This document shows, piece after piece, positions 10,095 to 19,550 of a stretch of DNA of 64,000 nt. The first letter of the stretch is position 1, and the number at the start of each line of letters is the position of its first letter. The position numbers and the translations under genes were made by a program. Under the pieces are notes generated by a model that was not told the DNA's origin, searched no databases, and saw only the letters and a list, made by a program, of their open reading frames with translations. This DNA is from Vicinamibacteria bacterium (GTDB taxonomy: Bacteria; Acidobacteriota; Vicinamibacteria; Marinacidobacterales; Marinacidobacteraceae), in the NCBI GenBank assembly GCA_963668695.2, contig CAXXLQ010000004.1:1728001-1792000 (forward strand). Direction: 5' to 3'.

Positions 10095-10368
10095 GGGAAC
10101 GGGCCAGTTCTATCACACTCCACAGATCGCACGAGGCAGGCAGAACGAACAACGCATCGATTTCATTGGGAGCGATTCCACGCAGATCGGGGAGGAGAGT
10201 CTCGACCCGCAGAACATCAGGAATGGATGCCTTGTAGCGGCATGAATGGCAACGCCACAGGACAGGGCCGGCGCTCCTTTGTGTGGCCGAGCAGCTTCGG
10301 GGCCTCCAGGAATTGCTCGTCCGGAATGACCGGGCGGAAGGGGTCGTTCCCGAGGAACGAGCCCTGCC

Positions 10369-12540
10369 TCACCTCGCCAGCGGATCGGGCCGTAGCTGGA
10401 ACTTGACGACTTTGCTGGGCGTGCCCTTGCCGCCTTCCATGTGGAAAGGCGCACGAGTGCTCACCGTCGCCCACAGGCCCCTCCCCTTCCAGCCCCCGTT
10501 CGGGTCGTCGATGCGGCCGTCCATCCACTTGGTGTAGAAGCCGAGCGGATAGGGCACCCGCATAACGATCCAGTCTCCGTCCACGAGGGCCAATAGCCCT
10601 TCGGATGCGTTGCCGGTGTTGATGGGCACGTTCTCGCCGAGCCCCAGGACGTTGAACTGATCGACCCACGTGTAGTAACTCGCCTCGGCGCTTCCGGGGG
10701 TGGTTACGCCCTGGATCTGTGGCAGTGGCTCTGGGTAGAAGGTCCAGCCCTCGGGGCAGTGCTGGCCCGTCGCCGTCGGACCGTTGAGCGGTCCCGTGCA
10801 TTTGCTCCGGTCGAAGCTGGCCAGGTGCCCACTGGCGAGCGCCGCCCACATCACCCCGTGCCGGTCGATGTCCCCGCCGCGCGGCGAAAACCCTTCGATG
10901 GGCGCGCCCGATGGGTCGAGCGGCAGCTCGTACAGCTCGGCGAGTGCCGTCGCCGGGGGGTTCGGGCCCGGATCCAGCCGGACAACTGCGCCCGGGTAGC
11001 CCAGTGACGTTGCCCATACCGCCCCGTCCGGGGCGGGCGCCACCGAGTAGAAGCCGGCCGCGATCCTCTTGTCCTTCGTGGGATCGACCGGCTGGTTGGG
11101 CTCGACGGTTTCGTCCCGCCTGCCGTTGCCGTTGGTATCGAGGACGAGCGCCGTCCAGCCCTGCGAGCTCTCCTCGTCGCCGGTCTCTTCGAACATCCGC
11201 GTGTTCAGCCAGCCCACGACCTGTCCGCCGCCGCTCGTCCAGAGCGTGTTGTCCTCGTCCTCTGCGAACATGAGGTGGTGCGTGCTGAAACAGGTGCTGA
11301 TGTGCGTGAGCTCTTCCGTCTCCGGGTCGTACATCGCCAGGTGGCGGCGGGCGCGAGCCGTCGGGAAGAGCCTTGCCGACGGGTGGTCCGACCCCTCGCG
11401 GCAGAAGTCCGGATTGTCCGGGGGGCGCACCGTGGACGTGAGCCAGAGCCGACCCCGATCGTCCAACATCGGGTTGTGGACGTTGTTCTTGCTCGTCCAG
11501 ATGGGCTCGTCACCCCAATAGGGCGACGGCTCGGGCATGCCCGGACCCGAGGCCGGCCGGGTGCTCGGATCGCGGACCGTCAGCGGGACTTGGCTCGCCG
11601 CGTGGCTCACCGGATCCAGCACTGGCACGTAGTCCGCGCTTGCCTCTAGCGCCCCGAAGATGGGTCCGTTGGCGTTGACCGTGGGATTGCGCCTATCGGT
11701 GGAAACCTCGTCGTGGAGGTACGCCTTCGGATCGGCCCAATCCCACAACGTGACGACCACGTTGCGCTCTACGCCCTCGGGCCGCGGAGGCTCCGGAGGC
11801 ACCTCGCCCGCCGCGATGCGGTCGGTCCAGTCCGCGAACATCTCCAGCATTGCCTGGCGGCCCATGCGGTCGAAGCCGGCGCTCATCCCCGCCCCGGCCT
11901 GGCCCGACTTGATCCGCCGGTCCCACGCGTCCACCGAGGACTCGAAGTCGCCCAGTGCCGCCGGGATCTTCCGGATGCCGAGGCTGCCGAGCTGATGGCA
12001 GGCCGTGCAATTGCCCGACTTCACGAGCCGGAGGAGCTGAGCCTGGTTCTCGATGTTCGGCGAGATCCCGTTTCCCTCATCACCGGACCCCGGAAACTCG
12101 TGCCCTTCCGGCATGTGGAGCAGCGACGTCCAGTAACCCGCCGGGTAATAGTCCGCCGCTGCCCGTGCGTCGGGCGCCGGCACCGCGGTCAGGTTCAGAG
12201 CTGCGCCGGGCGAGGCGCGAAGCTTGTCCGAATCGACCAGGCCGTAGCCTCGCACCCACACGTCGTAGCTCGCCTCGGGCAGGTCGGGGATCAGATACCG
12301 ACCCTGATCGTCGGTCACGACGATCCTGGCGAAGCGCGTCGGAAGGTCGGCCGTCTCCGCGATCACCCAGACGCCGGCCTCCGGTCCGCCCGCTCCGGTC
12401 ACGACACCCCCGATGTCGTCGGCGTCGACAGTGGGCGCCTCGGCAGCGGGTTCACACGCCGTGAGTGCGGAGGCCGCGACCGCACCCAACCACAAGTGGC
12501 CGGCGGCGCGGAAGATCTGCGATAACGTCCAATTCCTCAT
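10369..12540 (-). CDS. Lipoprotein with carboxypeptidase-regulatory-like domain, c-type heme motif and beta-propeller-like region
   Basis: Lipobox LTAC, TDDQGRYLIPDLP..YDVWVRGYGL, CTACH. Confidence 0.75.
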   Translation of the reverse strand: MRNWTLSQIFRAAGHLWLGAVAASALTACEPAAEAPTVDADDIGGVVTGAGGPEAGVWVIAETADLPTRFARIVVTDDQGRYLIPDLPEASYDVWVRGYGLVDSDKLRASPGAALNLTAVPAPDARAAADYYPAGYWTSLLHMPEGHEFPGSGDEGNGISPNIENQAQLLRLVKSGNCTACHQLGSLGIRKIPAALGDFESSVDAWDRRIKSGQAGAGMSAGFDRMGRQAMLEMFADWTDRIAAGEVPPEPPRPEGVERNVVVTLWDWADPKAYLHDEVSTDRRNPTVNANGPIFGALEASADYVPVLDPVSHAASQVPLTVRDPSTRPASGPGMPEPSPYWGDEPIWTSKNNVHNPMLDDRGRLWLTSTVRPPDNPDFCREGSDHPSARLFPTARARRHLAMYDPETEELTHISTCFSTHHLMFAEDEDNTLWTSGGGQVVGWLNTRMFEETGDEESSQGWTALVLDTNGNGRRDETVEPNQPVDPTKDKRIAAGFYSVAPAPDGAVWATSLGYPGAVVRLDPGPNPPATALAELYELPLDPSGAPIEGFSPRGGDIDRHGVMWAALASGHLASFDRSKCTGPLNGPTATGQHCPEGWTFYPEPLPQIQGVTTPGSAEASYYTWVDQFNVLGLGENVPINTGNASEGLLALVDGDWIVMRVPYPLGFYTKWMDGRIDDPNGGWKGRGLWATVSTRAPFHMEGGKGTPSKVVKFQLRPDPLAR

Positions 12541-12728
12541 GTCCTTCCTCCCGCTCAGGCGTTCCCGAGCCTTGGAACTCTGGTGTTCTGATTGATAGTG
12601 CGGAGCCTACCGCCTGCCCGCTGCCGAGCATTCGGCGCTGTGGCCGGGAGCGCCCGGATCACGCCGGCCCGCGGACTCCACACACCTGAAAGTTGCAGGT
12701 GGTCATCCGCGAGGAGGCGGTGAGGAAG

Positions 12729-13481
12729 ATGCCGTCAATGCCCGCCTGGTCGCGAAGACGGTTCCTCGAGAGCGGATCGGCGGCGGCTGCGATCGCCGCG
12801 GTCTGGGGCTGCACGCCGGACGAGCGGACGCGGGCGGACGGATCCAGGCCGCTGCTGGACGAGAGCCGGACCAGCCCGCCGCCGCCGCTCACCGGCCCTC
12901 GCCGCTCGCTGGCGGCGCCGGGCCCGATGATCCCGCCCTGCCCGGCGATCCTGCTCACCGTGAACGGCCGACCCGGCGACCCTGACGAGATCTCGGTGCT
13001 ATGGACGTTCGTCGTGAACGGCGACCCGCCCCAGATCGGGGTGAGCGCGGGCTTCGAGCATCAAGCGAGGGAACTCCTGGAGCTCCACGACGAGTTCGTG
13101 CTGAACGTCCCGCTTGCCTCGATGATCGAGGCGTTCGACACCGTCGATATGAACTCGGGAAGCGTTGCCGACAAGTTCGAGCTCTCAGGTCTGACACGAG
13201 GCGCGGCGACCGTGGTCGATGCGCCCACCGTGGAGGAGTCCCCGATCCATTGCGAGTGCCGCATCATCGAATCACTTGCGGTACCGCCCGTGCGAAAGCT
13301 CTTCATCGCGGAGGTCGTGGCGACAACCGCCATCGAGGGCGCAGTCGACGACGGCGGTCGCCTGATCGTGCCCAATGTGGACTTCTTCGGAATGACTGCC
13401 GGGAGTGGCGAGCACTACACGATGGGTCGCCGGGTCGGCAACATCGGGATGACGGTCGGGCGGAGCGACATCAAGTACTGA
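12729..13481 (+). CDS. Flavin reductase-like (DIM6/NTAB) protein with Tat/lipoprotein signal
   Basis: SRRRFL signal, VWGC, EFVLNVP, DKF...GLT, P.IHCEC. Start uncertain. Confidence 0.75.
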   Translation: MPSMPAWSRRRFLESGSAAAAIAAVWGCTPDERTRADGSRPLLDESRTSPPPPLTGPRRSLAAPGPMIPPCPAILLTVNGRPGDPDEISVLWTFVVNGDPPQIGVSAGFEHQARELLELHDEFVLNVPLASMIEAFDTVDMNSGSVADKFELSGLTRGAATVVDAPTVEESPIHCECRIIESLAVPPVRKLFIAEVVATTAIEGAVDDGGRLIVPNVDFFGMTAGSGEHYTMGRRVGNIGMTVGRSDIKY

Positions 13482-13590
13482 CGGCCCACCCGGTCGGGGG
13501 CGCGACGGGCTTGCCGTTCGTACCGCCGCCGCCGCCGCCGCCCGCCGCGGCGATCAGCAGGGCGAGGATCGCCCGGCGCATCCGATTCAC
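13471..13590 (-). pseudogene. Truncated N-terminal stub of another lipoprotein-family member
   Basis: VNRMRRAILALLIAAAGGGGGGGTNGKPVAPPT matches the family leader. The Cys is lost in a GGC run, and the stub is cut off by the convergent gene. Confidence 0.7.
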
Positions 13591-13610
13591 CGCCAGCTCC
13601 CGCTCGTCTG

Positions 13611-15794
13611 CTAGCGGCGCGGAAGCTCGGTCGTAAGCCGGCTTCGGCCGCCTGTGATGCGAGCCCAGTATTTGAGCATACCGTCGAGGAACAGCGCGTG
13701 GAATCTCAACTGGTCCTGATCGGGCGCCTGCCCCGGCTCCAGCAGGTAGACGAAGCCAATGTTGAACACCTTCTGCGACCGCTCGGGCGGCGGGTCTCGC
13801 GGCCCCAGCGCGGCCAAGACCTGTTCCATCGTTACGATTTCCTTCTCGGCCGTGTGGGGTCCGCGCCAACCATCCCCCGTCTCCTGGAGGTTCCGCAGGA
13901 AGAACGTGTCCGGCACTTCGTCTGCGGTCGCCAAGCCCGACAGGTAGAGATCGAGCCAGGAGAGTCCTTCTTCCGACTCCGTCTCGGACACGACGCGGGT
14001 GAACGTCCCGTCCGCGTTCTCGCGCCAGAAATCCCCGCCCATGATGGACCCGGTCCTGGCGAAAGCAGCGGGGGTGTGCAGCCCCGGAAGCCAGTGGCCT
14101 CCTTCCCCCCAAAGCGGCTCGATCTCTCCATCACGAACGTAGGACGCGCTAGCGGTCCAGGTGTGGGTGAACTCGTGGGCCAAATGCGATGTCCCCGCGG
14201 AACTGGGCGCAAGTCCGCCAGAGTCGTCCAGGACGGCCACGAAATCGGATTTCGTCCAGATAGTGAAATTCCACTGGCCGCGCAGCCGGGTTCCGCAGGG
14301 CGACTTCCTCTCGTCCAGGCGCTCGGGGAATCCGATTCCCCGGATGGGCACGTTCCCGGGGTAGTAGCCCCACCAGGAGCCGGAGAACTGAATGTCGTAG
14401 CGGAACTGGCTGTGGAGGAATATGGCATCGAACTCGTCCCCCAGAGTCTCGATGACGCGGCAGCCGAGGGGAACGAGGTAATCCTTTACCCCGGTGTGGT
14501 GGAACACCTCGCGCGCCGCCGCCGAGGACCCCGGCTCCGACAGGTCGGTTGGCGCAGACGCTATTACCTCAGGGAAGCTGATAACCGCCGAGTGTTCTCC
14601 ATATGGACCCCAAGATCCGGTTACCTGATTCCTTGACCGAGCGAAAGCGCGGACAGACGTGGAGTGACCTGAGAACTCACCTGGATCGAACAGCAGGCCG
14701 ATCCGGTTGTCATCGACATCGCGGTCGTACGCTGCTTCGGCGTCCCACGCGGCCGTTCGGCTGCCGTCCGGCTGCAGGGCGACTCCAGCGAAAAAATCCC
14801 AGTCGTCGATCGCCACGATGTAGAAGATCTCCTGATTTGGGATGGGACGGATGGGACCTCTTGTCGTGAACTCGACCAACACGCGATCGGGCTCGGCGGT
14901 CGCGTAGAGCGCGGTTTCCACAAGATCAAGGTGCGCGGGAACGGAGCCGTCCACAGAGTCGGGGATGCTCCCGAGCAGGCCGGTCTTTACAGCTCCCGGG
15001 AACAGGCCGACGATGCCGTCGCGGATCGCTTCGTCGGAATCGTCTGGCTCAGGCGCGTAGTGGAACGCGATGCCGCCGTCGGCGTGCAGGGTCATCTGGA
15101 ACCGGGTTTTCTCCTGCGGCGGGACTCCGTGGACGTGAAAGGCGGCGTCCGTGGTGATCCAGGTGACGACCACTCGATCGGGTCGGCGGGAGACGTGCTG
15201 CGTGTTGCCGAACTGCTCGGCGTCGTACGTGCCCCACCCGCCGAGCCGAGGCTTGTACAGCGCGGCAATGACCGGCGGCGCCCCCAGGTGTTCGGCGATC
15301 TCCGCCATCGTCCCCCACCTGTCGGGGCCAAGCTGCGAAAAGGGATACGGCTCACCGAACGTGACCAGTCCGTAGCGACTGACGAAGAAGGACTCCCACT
15401 CCCGGCCCGCGAAGTCGAACTGGAAGACGATCTCGGCGTTGTCATCGACCGGGTCGCCCAGGTCCTCGTCCCAGTCGAGCGCCCGCACCTCGCGCGAGTA
15501 GCCGCCGCCGGCCCGAGTGAACATCAGGGTGCGGCCGGCCAGGTCCAGCGGGTTCGCGGAGACGACGTCCTCAGACATCAACTCCATGAGGATCTGGTTC
15601 TCCGAAGTGACCGAGATCCCGCGGCCGACCGGAGTGATCTCGATGGGCGGATCCGGAGGCGGGGCCGGTTCAGGCGCCGGCGGTGGTGTGGGCGTCGGCG
15701 CGGTCGGGGGCGCCACGGGTGTGCCGTCCGGGCCCCCGCCGCAGCCGGCCCCGACGATGAGGAGGGCGGCGAGCGCCCAGACAGTTCGACTCAT
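13611..15794 (-). CDS. Pro-rich lipoprotein with HExxH metallopeptidase-like C-terminal domain
   Basis: Lipobox VGAGC, PTPTPPPAPEP linker, AHEFTHTW, LDLYLSGL. Confidence 0.75.
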   Translation of the reverse strand: MSRTVWALAALLIVGAGCGGGPDGTPVAPPTAPTPTPPPAPEPAPPPDPPIEITPVGRGISVTSENQILMELMSEDVVSANPLDLAGRTLMFTRAGGGYSREVRALDWDEDLGDPVDDNAEIVFQFDFAGREWESFFVSRYGLVTFGEPYPFSQLGPDRWGTMAEIAEHLGAPPVIAALYKPRLGGWGTYDAEQFGNTQHVSRRPDRVVVTWITTDAAFHVHGVPPQEKTRFQMTLHADGGIAFHYAPEPDDSDEAIRDGIVGLFPGAVKTGLLGSIPDSVDGSVPAHLDLVETALYATAEPDRVLVEFTTRGPIRPIPNQEIFYIVAIDDWDFFAGVALQPDGSRTAAWDAEAAYDRDVDDNRIGLLFDPGEFSGHSTSVRAFARSRNQVTGSWGPYGEHSAVISFPEVIASAPTDLSEPGSSAAAREVFHHTGVKDYLVPLGCRVIETLGDEFDAIFLHSQFRYDIQFSGSWWGYYPGNVPIRGIGFPERLDERKSPCGTRLRGQWNFTIWTKSDFVAVLDDSGGLAPSSAGTSHLAHEFTHTWTASASYVRDGEIEPLWGEGGHWLPGLHTPAAFARTGSIMGGDFWRENADGTFTRVVSETESEEGLSWLDLYLSGLATADEVPDTFFLRNLQETGDGWRGPHTAEKEIVTMEQVLAALGPRDPPPERSQKVFNIGFVYLLEPGQAPDQDQLRFHALFLDGMLKYWARITGGRSRLTTELPRR

Positions 15795-15815
15795 CGGCCC
15801 TTTCCCGCTCGACTT

Positions 15816-18035
15816 CTAGCGGCCCGGAATCTCGTTCGAGAGCTGGCCCCGCCCGCCGGTGACGTGGCGCCAGTGCTCCAACGCCCGGTCGCGGTAGCGC
15901 ACGAGCTCGCGCAGCAGCTCGGGGTCGGGCTCCTGCCCGGGCAGCAGGAAGTACACGAACCCGATGTTGAACACCTTGGGCGCCCGCTCCGGCGGCGGGT
16001 TCCGCGGCCCTATCGCGGCGACGATCTGTTCCATGGTCACGATCTCCTTCTTCTCCGCCGTGTAGGGCCCGTCCCACCGTTCACCCGCCTGCTTGACGTT
16101 GTGCAGCACGAACATGTCCGGCACTTCGTCGGGGGTTGCCAGGCCCATCAGGTAAAGGTCGAGCCAGGAGAAGCCGCCCCCTTTGGTCGACCAGCCGCGC
16201 GTGGGAGTGAACGTCCCGTCGCTGTTCTCGCGCCAGTAGGACCCGCCCATGACCGAGCCGTTCTCGGTTCCCCACCAGGGAAACGGCGCGGGCGCATGCA
16301 ACTCGAACGCCCAGTGGCCACCCCCTCCCGCAGTCATCAACCTCCGCTCGCCATCCTTCATGTATTGCGCGGCGGCGAGCCAGGTATGGCCCATCTCGTG
16401 GGCGAAAACCGTCAGGCCCGGATCGTAGGGAGTCTGGCCGGGGAACTCCGCGTGGCTCTCGTCCACGACGGTACTGGCCTTCATCCAGACGGGATACCCC
16501 CAACTGTTCTTCAGCCGGGTCTCGCACGGGGTCGCGTAGTCCCCCCCGGGCGGCCCGATGCCCGTAACCTCGGCCTGGATGTTCCTGTGATAAAAGCCCG
16601 CAAACCCATGCGCAGGACCGGTCGACTGCTGGTCCACGCGGAACTCGCTGTTGAAGGCGAACAAGTCGAAATGGTCGCCCAGGACCTCGATGATCCGGCA
16701 GGAGACGTGGCCGACGCCCTCCCTGCCGTCGCGGATCATCGGGTACCGGAACACCTCGTACTGTGCGGCGGAAGGTCGGGGATCCGGATGCGACAGGTCG
16801 ATCGGCGCGGAATCTGCCGCCTCCGGGAAGCTGATGACCGCCGAGTGTTCTCCATAACGTGGACCCCAAGATCCGGTTACCTGATTCCTTGACCGAGCGA
16901 CAGCGCGGACAGACGTGGAGTGACCCGAGAACTCGCCTGAATCGAACAGCAGGCCGATCCGGTTGTCATCGACATCGCGGTCGTACGCTGCTTCGGCGTC
17001 CCACCGGGCCGTTCGGCTGCCGTCCGGCTGCAGGGCGACTCCAGCGAGAAAATCCCAGTCGTCGATCACCACCATGTAGAAGATCTCCTGGTTCGGGATC
17101 GGACGGATGGGGCCTCTTGTCGTGAACTCGACCAACACGCGATCGGGTTCGGCGGTTGCGTACAGCGCGGTTTTCACAAGATCGAGATGCGCGGGAACGG
17201 AGCCGTCCACCGGATCGGGGATGCTACCGAGCAGGCCGGTCTTGACGACTCCCGGGAGCAGGCCGACGATGCCGTCGCCGAACGCCTCGTCGGGATCCTG
17301 GGGCTCGGGCCCGTAGTTGAGGGCGATCCGTCCATCGGAGTGCAGAACGATCTGGAAGTCGAAGGTTTCCTTCGGCTCCCTTCCGTACACGAGGAACTCC
17401 TGGTCGACGACGAAGAAGGTGACGATCATGCGATCGGGCAGGTTGGAGACGTACACGTTGCCGCCCAGGTACGGCTTGTACAACGCACTGATCGTCGGCG
17501 CGATCACGAAGAGGTCGAACATCTGAGGCATCGTGCCGAACCGCTTCGGCCAGTACGATCACTCGGAATCGGCTCGCCGAAAGAGATCAACCCCGGCCGG
17601 GTGTAGAAGAAGGAGTCCCACTCCCGGCCCGCGAAGGGGAACCGGAAGTGCTCCAGCTCGACCTCGGCAGGCCCGCGCATTCGCTCGGCGTCGTCCGCCT
17701 CCTCCTCCCAGTCGAGCGCCCGCACCTCGCGCGAGTAGCCGCCGCGGCCGTCCGGAGTGAACATCAGGGTGCGGCCGGCCAGGTCCAGCGGGTTCGCGGG
17801 CGCCAGGTCCTCGGACATCAACTCCATGAGGATCTGGTTCTCCGTTGTGATCGAGATTCCGCGGCCTGACCGGAGTGATCTCGATGGGCGGATCCGGAGG
17901 CGGGGCCGGTTCAGGCGCCGGCGGTGGCGTGGGCGTCGGCGCGGTCGGGGGTGCGACGGGTGTGCCGTCCGGGCCACCGCCGCAGCCGGCCCCGACGATG
18001 AGCAGGGCGATGAAAGGCCAGGGCATCCGGTTCAC
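15816..18035 (-). pseudogene. Paralogous HExxH lipoprotein with two frameshifts
   Basis: An extra base at 17867 relative to the paralog and a second shift near 17560. AHEMGHTW in the C-terminal ORF 15816-17531. Confidence 0.75.
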
Positions 18036-18223
18036 CTGCGCCGCCATTTGTGGGGAATGGGGCAGTTCTACCACACCCCACAGATATTGCGGGTGAGTCA
18101 GAACCGGAAACATGTAGTCCCCAAACGTATCCCGTTGATTTCGATGCTGCTAGCGCGGGGGTGGAGTCGTGAATCTACGGACGACTGACCAACTACCAAC
18201 CGCCACCACTCAATTCGGATCCC

Positions 18224-18492
18224 TCATTACCCCAGCAGATTGGGCAGGAGCAGGAGCACGCCCGGCAGGAACGCGATGATCAGCGTGAGCGCCAGCATGA
18301 CCGCCAGGTAGGCCGGAGCGGGCGGGCGACTTCCGCCGGCTCAACCCATCCCACCGAGCAGGCCACCAGGAGGCTCACCCCCACGGGTGGCAGGAACACG
18401 GAGATCCCCTGATTCGCCACGATGACGGCGCCGTAGCGCACCTCAGCATGCCGTCCGCCGACACGCCCGAGAATGGCGCTGAGCGGCAGGAA
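18224..18492 (-). pseudogene. Diverged duplicate of the dctM 3' region
   Basis: Aligns to 19551-19865 with indels (GISVFLPPVGVSLLVACSVG recognisable). Confidence 0.8.
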
Positions 18493-18573
18493 TGGCCTTC
18501 TCCCGAGTACTTGTTTCGGTTCGGATCTTGGGGCGTATGCGAGATCGAAACCCCGAAGGTTCCGATCTGACCT

Positions 18574-19001
18574 TCACTCCCTCCAGGGGTTTACGAGCGG
18601 GAGTTCCAGGTCCTGGAAGTCCTCCGTGTTCCGGGTAGCCAGAACCAGGTTGTGGCGCAGTGCGACCGCCGCGATCTGGGCATCCAGGGCTGGCCGCGCG
18701 GTCGCCCGGACTTGTCGGCGGAGCCCATGATTTCGCCGCAGATGACGGCGGCCCGATCATCGAACGCCAGGATGCGTCCGCCGAACTGACGGGTCAGGTC
18801 CCGAGTGATCCACTGCTGGTAGCGCAGGGATCGGGCCGGATCACCCACGCTCAGGGCTCCCCGGACCAATTCTCCGAGAGTCACCGCGGAAAGGAAGAGG
18901 TCTCTTGGCGTCCGCTCACGAAACCAGCTCAGTACCCGTGGCTCGGGCCGCGGCCGAACTGTCTCGCTGATGACGTTCGTGTCCAGGAGAAAGGCGCTCA
19001 C
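18574..19001 (-). pseudogene. vapC: VapC PIN toxin with a frameshift near 18695
   Basis: FLLDTNVISE N-terminus. The conserved C-terminus [23 protein letters not shown]...NPW is in a different frame. Confidence 0.8.
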
Positions 19002-19318
19002 TCGAAATCGACCGGCCGTCCGAAAGAGCGGTCACGCTCGAGCTCAAGGTCCCCTTCGCGGAGCGGCGAAGCGAGAAGGAAGTCGACGAGTTCGACTCCG
19101 GTCGCTGCCGGAGCGCGCACGACCTCGGTTTCGAGCAGTTGCCGTAGTCCCGTGGCCCTCGCTCCCTCCTCGCGGAGCGTCTGAGCAAGCGAGCGCAGCA
19201 GGGGAGCGTCCCGCAGCGGAACCGAGATCTCAACGCGCGTGGTGCCGCGTGCCGTTGCCCGGAGGCGGTGACGAGCGACGCGAGGTGTCGACTTGCGGTC
19301 TTCGGAGTCGTTGGTCAT
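18998..19318 (-). CDS. Putative antitoxin
   Basis: RVEISVP..DA.LLR.LA..L and C-terminal DLELERDRSFGRPVDF. Stop overlaps the vapC start (GTGA). Confidence 0.7.
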   Translation of the reverse strand: MTNDSEDRKSTPRVARHRLRATARGTTRVEISVPLRDAPLLRSLAQTLREEGARATGLRQLLETEVVRAPAATGVELVDFLLASPLREGDLELERDRSFGRPVDFE

Positions 19319-19457
19319 GTTTCCGGGAACGTTGCCGGAAGAATGGGTCATGCGAGGTGCGACGACAAGGGGCGTTCCATCGCGGGCCATTGTCGGCGGT
19401 CGCGTGCCTGGGCGCGCTTCACGCAGATTGGCGATGGGAGTTTCGCCCCGCTTCGCG

Positions 19458-19520
19458 GGTCGATGCTGGCCAGTTCTCCCGGTGGGGGCCTGAAGACCGG
19501 CGTTCCCTGCGCAGCGCGCC
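19458..19520. repeat. REP-like family B copy with 18-nt insert (19470-19487)
   Basis: CGATGCTGG[insert]GCCTGAAGACCGGCGTTCCC. Confidence 0.75.
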
Positions 19521-19550
19521 ATTCGGACTGTTGGCGGTCCCTTTCCCCCT

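Noticed and set aside
10100-10112. AGAACTGGCCC upstream of the lipoprotein gene, matching the end of the 18-nt unit (similar sequence near 18060)
   Set aside because: Only about 11 nt match, and it is better explained as part of a promoter-like TGTGRTAGAACT motif shared by the two lipoprotein genes.
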